From: Dendrobates tinctorius
Taxonomy: Eukaryota
Direction: 5' to 3'
Length of the DNA: 64,000 nucleotides
NCBI RefSeq assembly: GCF_039654945.1
Contig: NW_027361687.1
Span: 66,588,001 to 66,652,000, forward strand
Positions 37,401 through 50,134 of the stretch are shown piece by piece. The notes below the pieces were generated by a model. That model worked only from the letters and a program-made list of their open reading frames with translations, was not told where the DNA came from and searched no databases. The number at the start of each line of letters is the position of its first letter. The stretch's first letter is position 1. The position numbers were made by a program, and so were the translations under genes.

Positions 37401-40400
37401 TTCCGGTGGCACACCAATGACCAAAGAGTGCACCTTGGAGGCAGGATGAAAAGTCCAAGATGGGTACCCCATTGGTATGTAAAAAGTGCATGCCCCGGTG
37501 GCAAAATCCCAAGATTGGTGCCCCGGTGGTAGGCAAACAAGCCAGAGAGCACCCCAGTGTCAAGCTGAAAAGCCAAAGATGGGCTGCTCCGGTGGTAAGC
37601 AAAAATGCCAAGTATTGGGCCCTTCTGGCGTGCCAACGGGACATGGTGTGCTCCGGTAGCACACCAACGGGAAAGAGTGCTCTGGTGGCACAACTGGAAA
37701 AGGGTGAGCTCCGGTGGCACACCAACGGATACAGGGTGTGCTCCAGTGGCACGCCAACGGGAAAAGGGTGTGCTCCGGTGGCATGCCAGTGGTGAAAGGA
37801 TGTGCTTCGGTGGCACGCCAATGGGGAAAGGATGTGCTTCGGTATCACGTCAGCGGGAAATGGATGTGCTCCGGTGGCACGCCAACGGGAAAAGGGTGTG
37901 CTCCGGTGGTACGCCAAAGGGAAAAGGGTGTGCTCCCGTGGCACGCTAACGGGGAAAAGATGTGCTTCGGTGGCACATCAACGGGAAAAGTATGTGGTCC
38001 GGTGGCACGGCAACGGGAAAAGGGTGCGGTCCGGTGGCACGCCAAAGGGAAAAGGTTGTGCTCCGGTGGCACACCAACGGAGAGGATGTGCTTCGGTGGC
38101 ACTTCAACGGGAAAAGGATGTGCTCCGGTGGCACGCCAATGGGAAAAGGGTGTGCTCTGGTGGGACGCCAATGCGGAAAGGATGTGCTTCGGTGGCACGT
38201 CAACAGAAAAAGGATGTGCTCCGGTGGCACCCCAACGAAAAAGATGCGCTCCGGTGGCACGCCAACGGGAAAAGGGTGTGCTCGGTGGCACACCAACGGG
38301 TAAAGGGTGTGCTCTGGTGGCACACCAATGGGAAAAGGGTGTGCTCCGGTGGCACGCCAATGGAGAAAGGATGTGCTTCGGTGGCATACCAATGGGTAAA
38401 GTGTGTGCTCCGGTGGCACGCCAATGGAAAAAGGGTGTGCTTCGATGGGGAAAGGATGTGCTTCGTTGGCACACCAGCGGGTAAAGGGTGTACTCCGGTG
38501 GCACGACAATGGCAAAAGGGTGTAGCCGGTGGCACGCCAACGGGGAAAGGATGTGCCCCGATGGAAGGTAAAAATTGCACTCCGGTACTAAGCCAAAAAA
38601 TGCACCCTGGTAGCAAGTTAAAAAGTCCAAGATGAGTTCACGGGTGGAGGCCAAACAGCACGCCCCAGTGGCAGAATAATAAGCCAATGGGTGGCCTGGT
38701 GGTAAGCAAATAGGCCAGAGAGCACCCCGGTATCAGGCTGAAAAGTCCAAAATGGGCGCCTCAGTGGTAAGCAAAACTGCCAAGTATTGGGCCCTTCTGG
38801 TGGGCCAATGGGAGATGGTGTGCTCCGGTAGCGCGCCAACAGGAAAGGGTGTGTTTTGGTGGCACGCCAATGGCCAAAGTGTGCACCTTGGAGGCAGGAT
38901 TAAAAGTCCAAGATGGGTACCCCAGTGGTACGTAAAAAGTGCACTCCCCGGTGGCAGAATAAAATGCCCAAGATTTATGACCCGCTGGTAAGCAAACAGG
39001 TCAGAGAGCACCCCGGTGTCAGGCTGAAAAGCCCAACATGGGCGGCTGTGGTGGTAAGCAAAAATGCCAAGTATTAGGCCCTTCTGGCAGGCCAACGAGA
39101 CATGGTGTGCTCCAGTAGCACTCCAAAGGGAAAGAGTGCTCTGGTGGCACAACTGGAAAAGGGTGCGCTCCGGTGGCACGCCAACGGGAAAAGGGTGTGC
39201 TCCAGTGGCACGCCAACGGGTAAAGGGTATGCTCCGGTGGCACGCCAACGGGAAAAGGGTGTGCTCCGGTGGCACGCCAGTGGTGAAAGGATGTGCTTCG
39301 GTGGCACGTCAACGGGGAAAGGATGTGCTTCGGTGGCACGCCAATGGGGAAAGGATGTGCTTCAGTATCATGTCAGCGGGAAATAGATGTACTCCGGTGG
39401 CACGCCAATGGGAAAAGGGTGTGTTCCGGTGGCGCACCAATGACCAAAGAGTGCACCTTGGAGGCAGGATGAAAAGTCCAAGATGGGTACCCCATTGGTA
39501 TGTAAAAAGTGCATGCCCCGGTGGCAAAATCCCAAGATTGGTGCCCCGGTGGTAGGCAAACAAGCCAGAGAGCACCCCAGTGTCAAGCTGAAAAGCCAAA
39601 GATGGGCTGCTCCGGTGTTAAGCAAAAATGCCAAGTATTGGGCCCTTCTGGCGTGCCAACGGGACATGGTGTGCTCCGGTAGCACGCCAACGGGAAAGAG
39701 TGCTCTGGTGGCACAACTGGAAAAGGGTGAGCTCCGGTGGCACACCAACGGATACAGGGTGTGCTCCAGTGGCACACCAATGGGAAAAGGGTGTGCTCCG
39801 GTGGCACGCCAGTGGTGAAAGGATGTGCTTCGGTGGCACGCCAACGGGGAAAGGATGTGCTTCGGTATCACGTCAGCGGGAAATGGATGTGCTCCGGTGG
39901 CACGCCAACAGGAAAAGGGTGTGCTCCGTTGGTACGCCAAAGGGAAAAGGGTGTGCTCCCGTGGCACGCCAACGGGGAAAAGATGTGCTTCAGTGGCACA
40001 TCAACGGGAAAAGTATGTGGTCTGGTGGCACGGCAACGGGAAAAGGGTGCGGTCCGGTGGCACGCCAAAGGGAAAAGGTTGTGCTCCGGTGGCACGCCAA
40101 TGGAGAGGATGTGCTTCGGTGGCACTTCAACGGGAAAAGGATGTGCTCTGGTGGCACGCCAAAGGGAAAAGGGTGTGGTCCGGCAGCACGCCAACGGGGA
40201 AAAGATGTGCTTCGGTGGTACGTCAATGGGAAAAGGATGTGGTCTGGTGGCACACCAACGGGGAAAGGATGTGCTTCGTTGCATGCCAACGGGAAATGGG
40301 TGTGGTCCGGCAGCACGCCAATGGGGAAAAGATGTGCTTCGGTGGTACGTCAATGGGAAAAGGATGTGGTCTGGTGGCACGCCAATGGGGAAAGGATGTG

Positions 40401-43400
40401 CTTCGGTATCATGTCAGCGGGAAATAGATGTGCTCCGGTGGCACGCCAACGGGAAAAGGGTGTGCTCCGGTGGCACGCCAACGGGGAAAGGGTGTGGTCC
40501 GGTGGCACACCAACGGGAAAAGGGTGTGTTCCGGTGGCACACCAATGACCAAAGAGTGCACCTTGGAGGCAGGATGAAAAGTCCAAGATGGGTACCCCAT
40601 TGGTATGTAAAAAGTGCATGCCCCGGTGGCAAAATCCCAAGATTGGTGCCCCGGTGGTAGGCAAACAAGCCAGAGAGCACCCCAGTGTCAAGCTGAAAAG
40701 CCAAAGATGGGCTGCTCCGGTGGTAAGCAAAAATGCCAAGTATTGGGCCCTTCTGGCGTGCCAACGGGACATGGTGTGCTCCGGTAGCACGCCAACGGGA
40801 AAGAGTGCTCTGGTGGCACAACTGGAAAAGGGTGAGCTCCGGTGGCACACCAACGGATACAGGGTGTGCTCCAGTGGCACGACAACGGGAAAAGGGTGTG
40901 CTCCGGTGGCATGCCAGTGGTGAAAGGATGTGCTTCGGTGGCACGCCAACGGGGAAAGGATGTGCTTCGGTATCACGTCAGCGGGAAATGGATGTGCTCC
41001 GGTGGCACGCCAACGGGAAAAGGGTGTTCTCCGGTGGTACGCCAAAGGGAAAAGGGTGTGCTCCCGTGGCACGCTAACGGGGAAAAGATGTGCTTCGGTG
41101 GCACATCAACGGGAAAAGTATGTGGTCCGGTGGCACGGCAACGGGAAAAGGGTGCGGTCCGGTGGCACGCCAAAGGGAAAAGGTTGTGCTCCGGTGGCAC
41201 ACCAACGGAGAGGATGTGCTTCGGTGGCACTTCAACGGGAAAAGGATGTGCTCCGGTGGCACGCCAATGGGAAAAGGGTGTGGTCCGGCAGCACGCCAAC
41301 GGGGAAAAGATGTGCTTCGGTGGTACGTCAATGGGAAAAGGATGTGGTCTGGTGGCACACCAACGGGGAAAGGATGTGCTTCGTCGCACGCCAACGGGAA
41401 ATGGGTGTGGTCCTGCAGCACGCCAACGGGGAAAAGATGTGCTTCGGTGGTACGTCAATGGGAAAAGGATGTGGTCTGGTGGCACACCAACGGATAAAGG
41501 GTGTGCTGTGGTGGCATGCCAACCGGAAAAGGGTGTGCTCCGGTGGCACGCCAACGGGGAAAGGATGTGCTTCGGTGGCACACCAACGAGTAAAGGGTGT
41601 GGTCCAGTGGCACGCCAATGGGAAAAGGGTGTGCTCCGGTGGCAAGCCAATGGTGAAATTATGTGCTTCGGTGGCACGTCAACGGGAAAAAGATGGCTCC
41701 AGTGGCACGCCAATAGGATCAGGGTGTGCTCCAATGGCATGCCAACGGGGAAAGGATGTGCTTCGGTGGCACACCAATGAGTAAAGGGTGTGCTCCAGTG
41801 GCACGCCAATGGGAAAAGGGTGTGCTCCGGTGGCAAGCCAACGGGGAAATGATGTGCTTCGGTGGCACATCAACGGGAAAAAGATGGCTCCAGTGGCACG
41901 CCAATAGGATCAGGGTGTGCTCTGGTAGCACACCAATGGGGAAAGGATGTGCTTCGGTGGCACTTCAACGGGAAATGGATGTGCTCCGGTGGCACGCCAG
42001 CGGGAAAAGGGTGTGGTCCGGCGGCACGCCAACGGGGAAAGAATGCTTCGGTGGCACGTCAACGGGTAAAGGGTGTGCTCCAATGGCACGCCAACGGGAA
42101 AAGGGTGTTCCGGTGGCACGCCAGTGGCCAAAGAGTGCACCTTGGAGGCAGGATAAGAAGTCCAAGATGGGTACCCCAGTGGTACGTAGAAATTGCACGC
42201 CCCAGTGGCAAAATAAAAAGCCCAAGATAGGTGCCCCGGTGGTAGGCAAACGGGCTAGAGAGCACCCCGGTGTCAGGCTGAAAAGCTCATGATGGGCGGC
42301 TCCGGTGGTAAGGTAAAATGCCAAGTATTGGGCCCTTCTGGCGGGCGAATGGGACATGGTGTGCTCCGGTAGCATTCCAATGGGAAAAAGTGTGCTCTTG
42401 TGGCACAATGGGAAAAGGGTGTGCTCCGGTGGCACGCCAATGGGAAAAGGGTGTACTAACGGTGGCACACCAACGAGTATAGGGTGTGCTCTGGTGGCAC
42501 ACCAACGGGTAAAGGGTGTGCTTTGGTGGCACACCAACGGGAAAAGGGTGTGCTCCGTTGGCACACCAACGGGTAAAAGATGTGCTCCGGTGGCACACCA
42601 ACTGGAAAAGGGTGCACTCCGGTGGCACGCCAATGACAAAAAGGTGTGCTCCGGTGGCACACCAACGGGTAAAATGTGTGCTCCGGTGGCACGCCAACGG
42701 TAAAAGGGTGTGCTCTGGTGGAACGCCAACGGGGAAAGGATGTGCTTCGGTGGCACATCAACAGTTAAAGGTTGTGCTTTGGTGGCACGCCAATGGGAAA
42801 AGGGTGTGCTCCGGTGGCACACCAATTGGTAAAGGATGTGCTTCTTTGGCACACCAATGGGTAAAGGGTGTGCTCCGGAGGCATGCCAACGGGAAAATGG
42901 TTTGGTCCGATGGCATGCCAACGGTAAAAGGATGTGCTTCGGTGGCACGTCAACGAGGGAAGGATGTGCTCCGGTGGCACGCCAACGGGGAAAGGATGTG
43001 CTTCGGTGGCACGTCAATGGGAAAAGAATGTGCTCCGGTGGCAAGCCAACGGGAAAAGGGTGTGCTCCGGTGGCACATCAGCGGGTAAAGGGTGTTCCGG
43101 TGGCACGCCAATGGCCAAAGAGTGCACCTTGGAGGCATTATGAAAAGTCCAAGATGGGTGCCCCAGTGATACGTAAAAAGTGCACACCCTGGTTGCAGAA
43201 TAAAAATCCCAAGGTTGGTGCCCCGGAGGTAGGCAAACAGGCCAGAAAGTACCCCGGAGTCAGGCTGAAAAACTCAAGATGGGTGGCTCCGGTGGTAATC
43301 AAAAATGCCAAGTATTGGGCCCTTCTGGCGCGCCAACGGGAAAGAGTGTGCTCTGGTGGCACAACAACTGGAAAAGGGTGAGCTACGGTGGCACACCAAC

Positions 43401-46400
43401 GGATAAAGGGTGTGCTCTGGTGGCATGCCAACCGGAAAAGGGTGTGCTCCGGTGGCACGCCAACGGGGAAAGAATGTGCTTCGGTGGCACACCAACTAGT
43501 AAAAGGTGTGCTCCAGTGGTACGCCAATGGGAAAAATATGTGCTCCGGTGGCACGCCAATAGGATCAGGGTGTGCTCCAGTGGCATGCCAACGGGGAAAC
43601 GTGCTCCGGTGGCATGGGAAAAGTGCGGTCCGGTGGCACGCCAATGGGTAAAGGGTGTGCTCCGGTAGCACGCCAACGGGGAAAGGATGTGCTTCGATGG
43701 CACTTCAACGGGAAATGGATGTGCTCCAGTGGCATGCCAACGGGAAAAGGGTGTGGTCCGGCGGCACGCCAACGGGGAAAGAATGTGCTTCGGTGGCACG
43801 TCAACGGGAAAAGGATGTGCTCCGGTGGCATGCCAATGGGGAAAGGATGTGCTTCGTCGAACGCCAACGGGAAATGGGTTTGCTCCGGTGGCACACCAAT
43901 GGGTAAAGGGTGTGCTCCGGTGTATTGCCAACTGGAAAAGGTTCTCCGGTCGTACCTCAACAGGGAAAGGATGTGGTTCGTTGGCACGTCAATGAGAAAA
44001 GGATGTGCTCCAGTGGCACGCCAACGGGAAAAGGGTGTTCCGGTGGCAAGCCAATGGCCAAAGAGTGCACCTTGGAGGCAAGATAAAAAGTCCAAGATGG
44101 GTACCCCAGTGGTATGTAGAAATTGCACGCCCCAGTGGCAAAATAAAAAGCCCAAGATAGGTGCCACGATGGTAGGCAAACGGGCCAGAGAGCACCCTGG
44201 TTTCAGGCTGAAAAGCTCATGATGGGCGGCTCCGGTGGTAAGGTAAAATTCCAAGTATTGGGCCCTTCTGGTGGGCGAATGGGACATGGTGTGCTCCGAT
44301 AGCACTCCAATGGGAAAAAGTGTGCTCTGGTGACACAATGGGAAAAGGGTGTGCTCCGGTGGCACGCCAACGGGAAAAGGGTGTATTCTGGTGGCACACC
44401 AATGGGTAAAGGGTGTGCTCCGGTGGCACGCCAACGGGGAAAGGATGTGCTTCGGTGGCACACCAACAGGTAAAGGGTTGTGTTTTTCGGTGGCACACCA
44501 AGGGGTAAAGGGTGTGCTCCGGTGGCACGCCAACGGGAAAAGGGTGTGCTCCGTTGGCACACCAACGGGTAAAAGATGTGCTCCGGTGGCACGCCAACTG
44601 GAAAAGGGTGCGCTCCGGTGGCACGCCAACGGGAAAAAGGTGTGCTCTGCTGGCACACCAACGGGTAAAAGGTGTGCTCCGGTGGCACGCCAACGGTAAA
44701 AGGGTGTGCTCTGGTGGAACGCCAATGGGGAAAGGATGTGCTTCGGTGGCACACCAAAAGTTAAAGGTTGTGCTTTGGTGGCACGCCAATGGGAAAAGGA
44801 TGTGCTCCGGTGGCACGCCAATGGGTAAAGGATGTGCTTCGGTGGCATGTCAACGGGAAAAGATGTGCTCCGGTGGCACACCAACGGGTAAAGGGTGTGC
44901 TCCGGTGGCACACCAATGCGTAAAAGGTGTGCTCCGGTGGCACGCCAATGAGAAAAGGGTGTGCTCCCCGATGGCACACCAACGGTGAAAGGATGTGCTT
45001 CGGTGGCACATCAACGGGAAAAGGATGTGCTCCCGTGGCACGTCAACGGGAAAAGGGTGTGCTCCGGTGGTACGCCAACAGGGAAAAGATGTGCTTCAGT
45101 GGCACGTCAACTGGAAAAGGGTGTGCTTCGGTGGCACGTCAACTGGAAAAGGATGTACTCCAGTGGCACGCCAACGGGGAAAGGATGTGCTTTGCTGGCA
45201 CATCAACATGAAAATGATGGGCTCCGGTGGCACGCCAACTGGAAAAGGGTGCGCTCCGGTGGCATGCCAACGGGAAAAGGGTGTATTCCAGTGGCACGCC
45301 AACGGGGAATGTTCTTCGATGGCACGTCAACGGGAAAATTATGTGCTCCGGTGGCACGCCAACGGGAAAAGGGTGTATTCCAGTGGCACGCCAATGGCCA
45401 AAGAGTGCACCTTGGAGGCAGGATAAAAAGTCCAAGATGGGTACCCCGGTAGTACGCAAAAAGTGCACCCCAGTAGCAAGCTAAAAATCCCAGGATGGAC
45501 GGCACCAGTGGTAGTCAAAAAGGCCAAACAATCATCCCGGTGGCGGAATAAAAAGCCCAAGTTGGGTGCCCTGATGGAAGGCAAAAATTGCACTCTGGTA
45601 CCAAGCTAAACTGCCCAGGTGGGGCGAGCCTGGTCATAAGCAACAAGGCCAAAAAATGCACCCTGGTAGCAAGCTAAAAAGTCCAAGATGGGTGCACTGG
45701 TGGAAGGCAAGTGGCCAAATGGCACGACCCAGTGGCAGAATGGCCAAAGAGTGCACCTTGGAGACAGGATAAAAAGTCCAAGACGGGTACCCCAGTGGTA
45801 CGTAAAAATTGCACCCCCCGGTGGTAGAATGAAAAGCCCAAGATGGGCGGCTCCGGTGGTAAGCAAAAATGCCAAGTATTGGGCCCTACTGGCGGGCCAA
45901 CGGGACATGGTGTGCTCCGGTAGCACGCCAACGGGAAAGAGTGTGCTCTGGTGGCACAACTGGAAAAGGGTGCGCTCCGGTGGCACGCCAACGGGAAAAG
46001 GGTGTGCTCTAGTGGCACACCAATGAGTAAAGGGTGTGCTCCGGTGGCACGCCAATGGGAAAAGGGTGTGCTCCGGTGGCATGCCAATGGGTAAAGGATG
46101 TGCTTTGGTGTTACACCAACGGGTAAAGGGTGTGCTCCGGTGGCACACCAACGGGAAAAGGGTGTGCTCCGGTGGCACGTCAACGGGAAAAGGATGTGCT
46201 CCAGTGGTGCGCCAATGGGGAAAGGATGTGCTTCGGTGGCACGTTAAGGGGAAAAGATGTGCTCTGGTGGCACGCCGACGGGAAAAGGGTGTGCTCTGGT
46301 GGCACACCAACGGGTAAAGAGTGTGCTCCGGTGGCACGCCAGCGGGAAAAGGGTGTGCTCCGGTGGCACGCCAACGGGGAAAAGATGTGCTTCGGTGGCT

Positions 46401-46596
46401 TGTCAACGGGAAAAGGGTGTGTTCCGGTGGCATGCCATTGGCCAAAGAGTGCACCTTGGAGGCAGGATAAAAAGTCGAAGATGGGTACCCCGGTGGTACG
46501 TAAAAAGTGCACCCCAGTAGCAAGCTAAAAATCCCTGTATGGATGGCACCAGTGGTAGGCAAAAACGCCAGTCATCCCGGTGGCGGAATAAAAAGC
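34453..46596. repeat. Two-tier tandem array, block 2, with recent 3128-bp and 1105-bp tandem duplications
   Basis: Same units as block 1. Near-identical ORFs are offset by 3128 (36500/39628) and 1105 (36355/37460). Confidence 0.95.
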
Positions 46597-47009
46597 GCCA
46601 ATATTTTCCGCAGCGCTTTACAGTTTAACAGTTTCAAAACACGTCATAACTAGCAATGTTAACAATACAATAATTAAAGCAAAATAAGACGACCCTGCTT
46701 GTGAGATCTTACAATCTACAATGAGGTGTGGGAGATACAAAGTTCAGGTGTGTATTTACAATAATGGTCCAGCCATCTTGAGTGAGTGGGGGATGGATGG
46801 ATATAGTGAATGGGCTACTCATGCACACTTACACATAGAATGATTTTGATTAGTGAACGTGATAGGCCGCTCTGATCAAATGTGTTTTGAGAGAGCGCCT
46901 AAAACTATGCAAATTGTGGATAGTCCTAATTTCTTGGGGTAGAGAATTCCAGAGGATTGGCGCAGCGCGGGAGAAGTCTTGGAGTCAGGAGTGGGAGGTA
47001 CGGATTAGT
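46591..47009 (-). mobile_element. L2 LINE 3' fragment, left part (3' UTR and ORF2 C-terminus)
   Basis: Minus strand reads LIRTSHS*LQDFSRAAPILWNSLPQEIR...FRRSLKTHL. The end GCGCCAATATTTTCCGCAGCGCTTTAC is L2-like. Confidence 0.8.
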
Positions 47010-47499
47010 AGAAGAGACAGAAGATTTGGCACTGCTCCTTAACCCCTAAGCAGTTCCATGACTGCTATTCAAGTCCAAAATCACACACCTGGACCGACCG
47101 CCAAACTACCGTCCGAACGGGTGCTCAATCCAGAAAAGCAAGCATGTAATCTGATTATGTACAAAAGAGAAATAAAGTGATGGCACTCACCGTTCTGTCG
47201 TGAAAATTCTTTATTGATTAAAAGGCATTGGCACGGGAGGGGAACGTACAGAGAATGGACAACGGCTGTTTCATGCACTTGGGCTTCAATGGTTCCTGAG
47301 GCGGCTGGAATGCAGGTAGGTGGAAATTTAGAAGCACACACATATGGACACACCTCCTGATTTCCAACTCATACTACACCAATGGAGTGAAACGTGAACA
47401 AGTTAATCAAACACAGAATTAAAAACAAGTTAAAAAAACCTATCATAATAAAATATGGAAATACAAACACTGAACAGTTACTACAAAAACACAGCCATA

Positions 47500-49850
47500 T
47501 TTATTTTCTCATTTAACCCTAAAGGTCCTGTGGCATTCGTTCGTAGAATCCACTTAGATTCTCTTTGTAAGAGAATTCTATGTTGTTTCCCCCTTGGGTT
47601 GGCTGTGATACTTTTTCTACACCCGCGAACCGCAGCGACTCTGCATTACCCCCTTGCACTTTTTTAACATGCTCTATCAGACGAGGGACCCCTTTTCCTG
47701 TGGAGATAGACTGAAAATGCTCTCTAAATCTAACACACAATGGACAGATAGTTTTTCCCAAATAATAAAAACCACAAGGACAGAAGATGACGTACACAAC
47801 GTGGGTTGTTTTACAATAAATAAAATTCTGGACCTCATGCTGAATTGTTCCAATTTTGAGAGATTTTCCTGTCAATTTAAAGGGGCAGAAGGGGCAGTTC
47901 TTGCACTTGTAATTGCCTACAGGACTGTTCATACCTAGCCATTTTCTATCACTTGTATATCTGTTGCAGACCAGAAGATCTTTTAAGTTTTTACTTCGAC
48001 GACTCGCAAAGGACCTCTCTTGACAATATCGGTTAAATCCTTGTCCCTCTCTTATAAATGCCAATTCTTTCTGATGACACTCCTGATGTAATTGTCCAAT
48101 GGACTGAAAGTAAACGAAAAAGTGAAACGTTTATTTTTTTCTGCAGCAAGGTTTTTATCTGCAACTGTTTGAGAGGCATTCAAGTTATCAACACGGGACA
48201 TGGCGTTATCTAGAACTGCACTAGGATAACCTCTATTCTCAAAGCGTTTTCTCAAAGCCAGTGCTTGTTTTTGATAACCAGCATGTGTGCAGTTAAATCT
48301 CTTCAATCTCAGGAATTGTGCATACTTGAGGGAGTTTTTCACATAATATGGATGTGCACTATCAAAATGCAAGAGACCATTAGTGGCAGACGGTTTCCGA
48401 TAAATTTCAGTGTGCAAGGACCCATCATGTACCCACAAATTAATGTCTAGGAATTCCAGACATGTGCCCCTGAACTTATATGTGAACTTCATATTCATCT
48501 GATTATTGTCATTTAGCCATCCCACAAACGAAAAAATAAATTTTGTTCCATCCCAAACTATGAACACGTCATCCACATAGCGAACAAATAAACAGATATG
48601 CTTCAGAAAGGGATTGAGAATCAAATAAATATATTTCTCTTCGAAATCCGCGAGAACCAGATTTGCAGACGTGCATGCAATGGGCGTGCCCATTGCGGTC
48701 CACTCTATTTGTACCAAGTGTCATCAAATTGAAATGCATTGTGGGTGAGGATAAATGACAAACTCTCAAAAATAAAATTCACCATCTCAGGATCTTTTCC
48801 TGTGCTGCCAACAATGTGTCTAATAGATTCAAACCCCTGACTATGTGGAATTCTGGTATAAAGGCTCTCAATATCGATCGAGACCATGCAGAAATTATCC
48901 TGCCAATCAAAATCTTTTATGATGTTAATAAAGTCCCTGAAATCTTTAACGTATGAGGGGATTACTCGGAGTAGAGGGCGTAGTAACCAATCTATGTACT
49001 GGGATAGGGGCTCTGTGAGTGACCCTATCCCAGAAACGATGGGGTGACCTGGGGGGCATGTTTGAGATTTATGCACCTTAGGGATGTGGTACCAGTGAGG
49101 TTTTCGTGGAAAATCGGGTATTAACTTCTCCGCTCTTTGTTTTGATAAAACATTCCTCTCCACATATTTGCGCAAAAGAGATCGTAAATTTTCTTTGAAC
49201 CTATTCATTGTGTCTGATTTCAATACCAAATATGTTTGGGTATTGAGTAACTGTCTCTTTGCTTCTGCCACATAAAATTCTTTTGTGAGGAGGACATTAC
49301 CTCCTTTGTCCGCTGAGCGAACTTCAACATCAGACCAACTTTAGATTTCTGTTATTGCTTTTTTCTTTCTTGCAGACAAATTTGGAGAGGAGTGTTGATA
49401 AATAACAGCTTCCATGTCCTTAATTACTTGTGCCTCAAAGACATCCACTATATTACCAGGAGAAATTGGTGGCATATAGGTGCATTTACATCCTGCCATA
49501 AACGGTAGAACCTTAATTTCTTCCTCATCAATTGTATCCCCTTCTGATGTATTTAACTCTAACAATTTAATGGCATCATCTCTGATGTCTGCTAAGGCCC
49601 CTGTACCTGCTAAGAAACCCAGAGGACCGATTACACAGGGAACTTCACCTGGGGGGGGGGATTGTTAGTAGCATTAGTGGAAACAAAAGCCTTATGGAGA
49701 TATATTTTTTCTTAATGCTTTAAACAGATCAATTTTAAAGTCCACCATATTAAGTTCGGTCAGTATACAAAAATTCAATATTTTTTCAAAACCGCTAGGT
49801 GCGAGTCACTCAATTCATGATCAGTCAGATTGATGACAGAATTCTCTGGT
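47500..49850 (-). pseudogene. PLE polyprotein: RT, Cys-rich linker and GIY-YIG endonuclease, frameshifted
   Basis: YHIPKVHK...PIVSG; SIDIESLYTRIPH; AMGT; RYVDD; FLDI; YRKP; CKNCPFC; VVYVIFCPCGFYYLGKT...RFREH. Confidence 0.9.
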
Positions 49851-50134
49851 AAATCACTAGACACTACGGTCTCCAAGAGACCTGTTTTCTCTTTTTCCAA
49901 TTGCCGCCGCTGGTGCCTTCTCCCTCTGCGCACCCTGCGTCTAAAGGGTTACTGGATGGTGCTTTGCTTTGCAGAGTTTCCCTGCTATCAGATGAAATAA
50001 TCGGATCCTCATTTGCACTTGAGTCAGAGTCTGTAGCTAAATAATCCCTCTTACCTGTTTGGCCTGTCTTGAATTTTCCTTTGAAGTTGCGTTTCTTCTG
50101 GGAGCGATTATTGCCTGCCAATGCTTTACCTTTA

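Noticed and set aside
1-46596. CRISPR array (32-bp hairpin-forming repeats)
   Set aside because: No unique spacers, no cas genes, and the context is vertebrate transposons.
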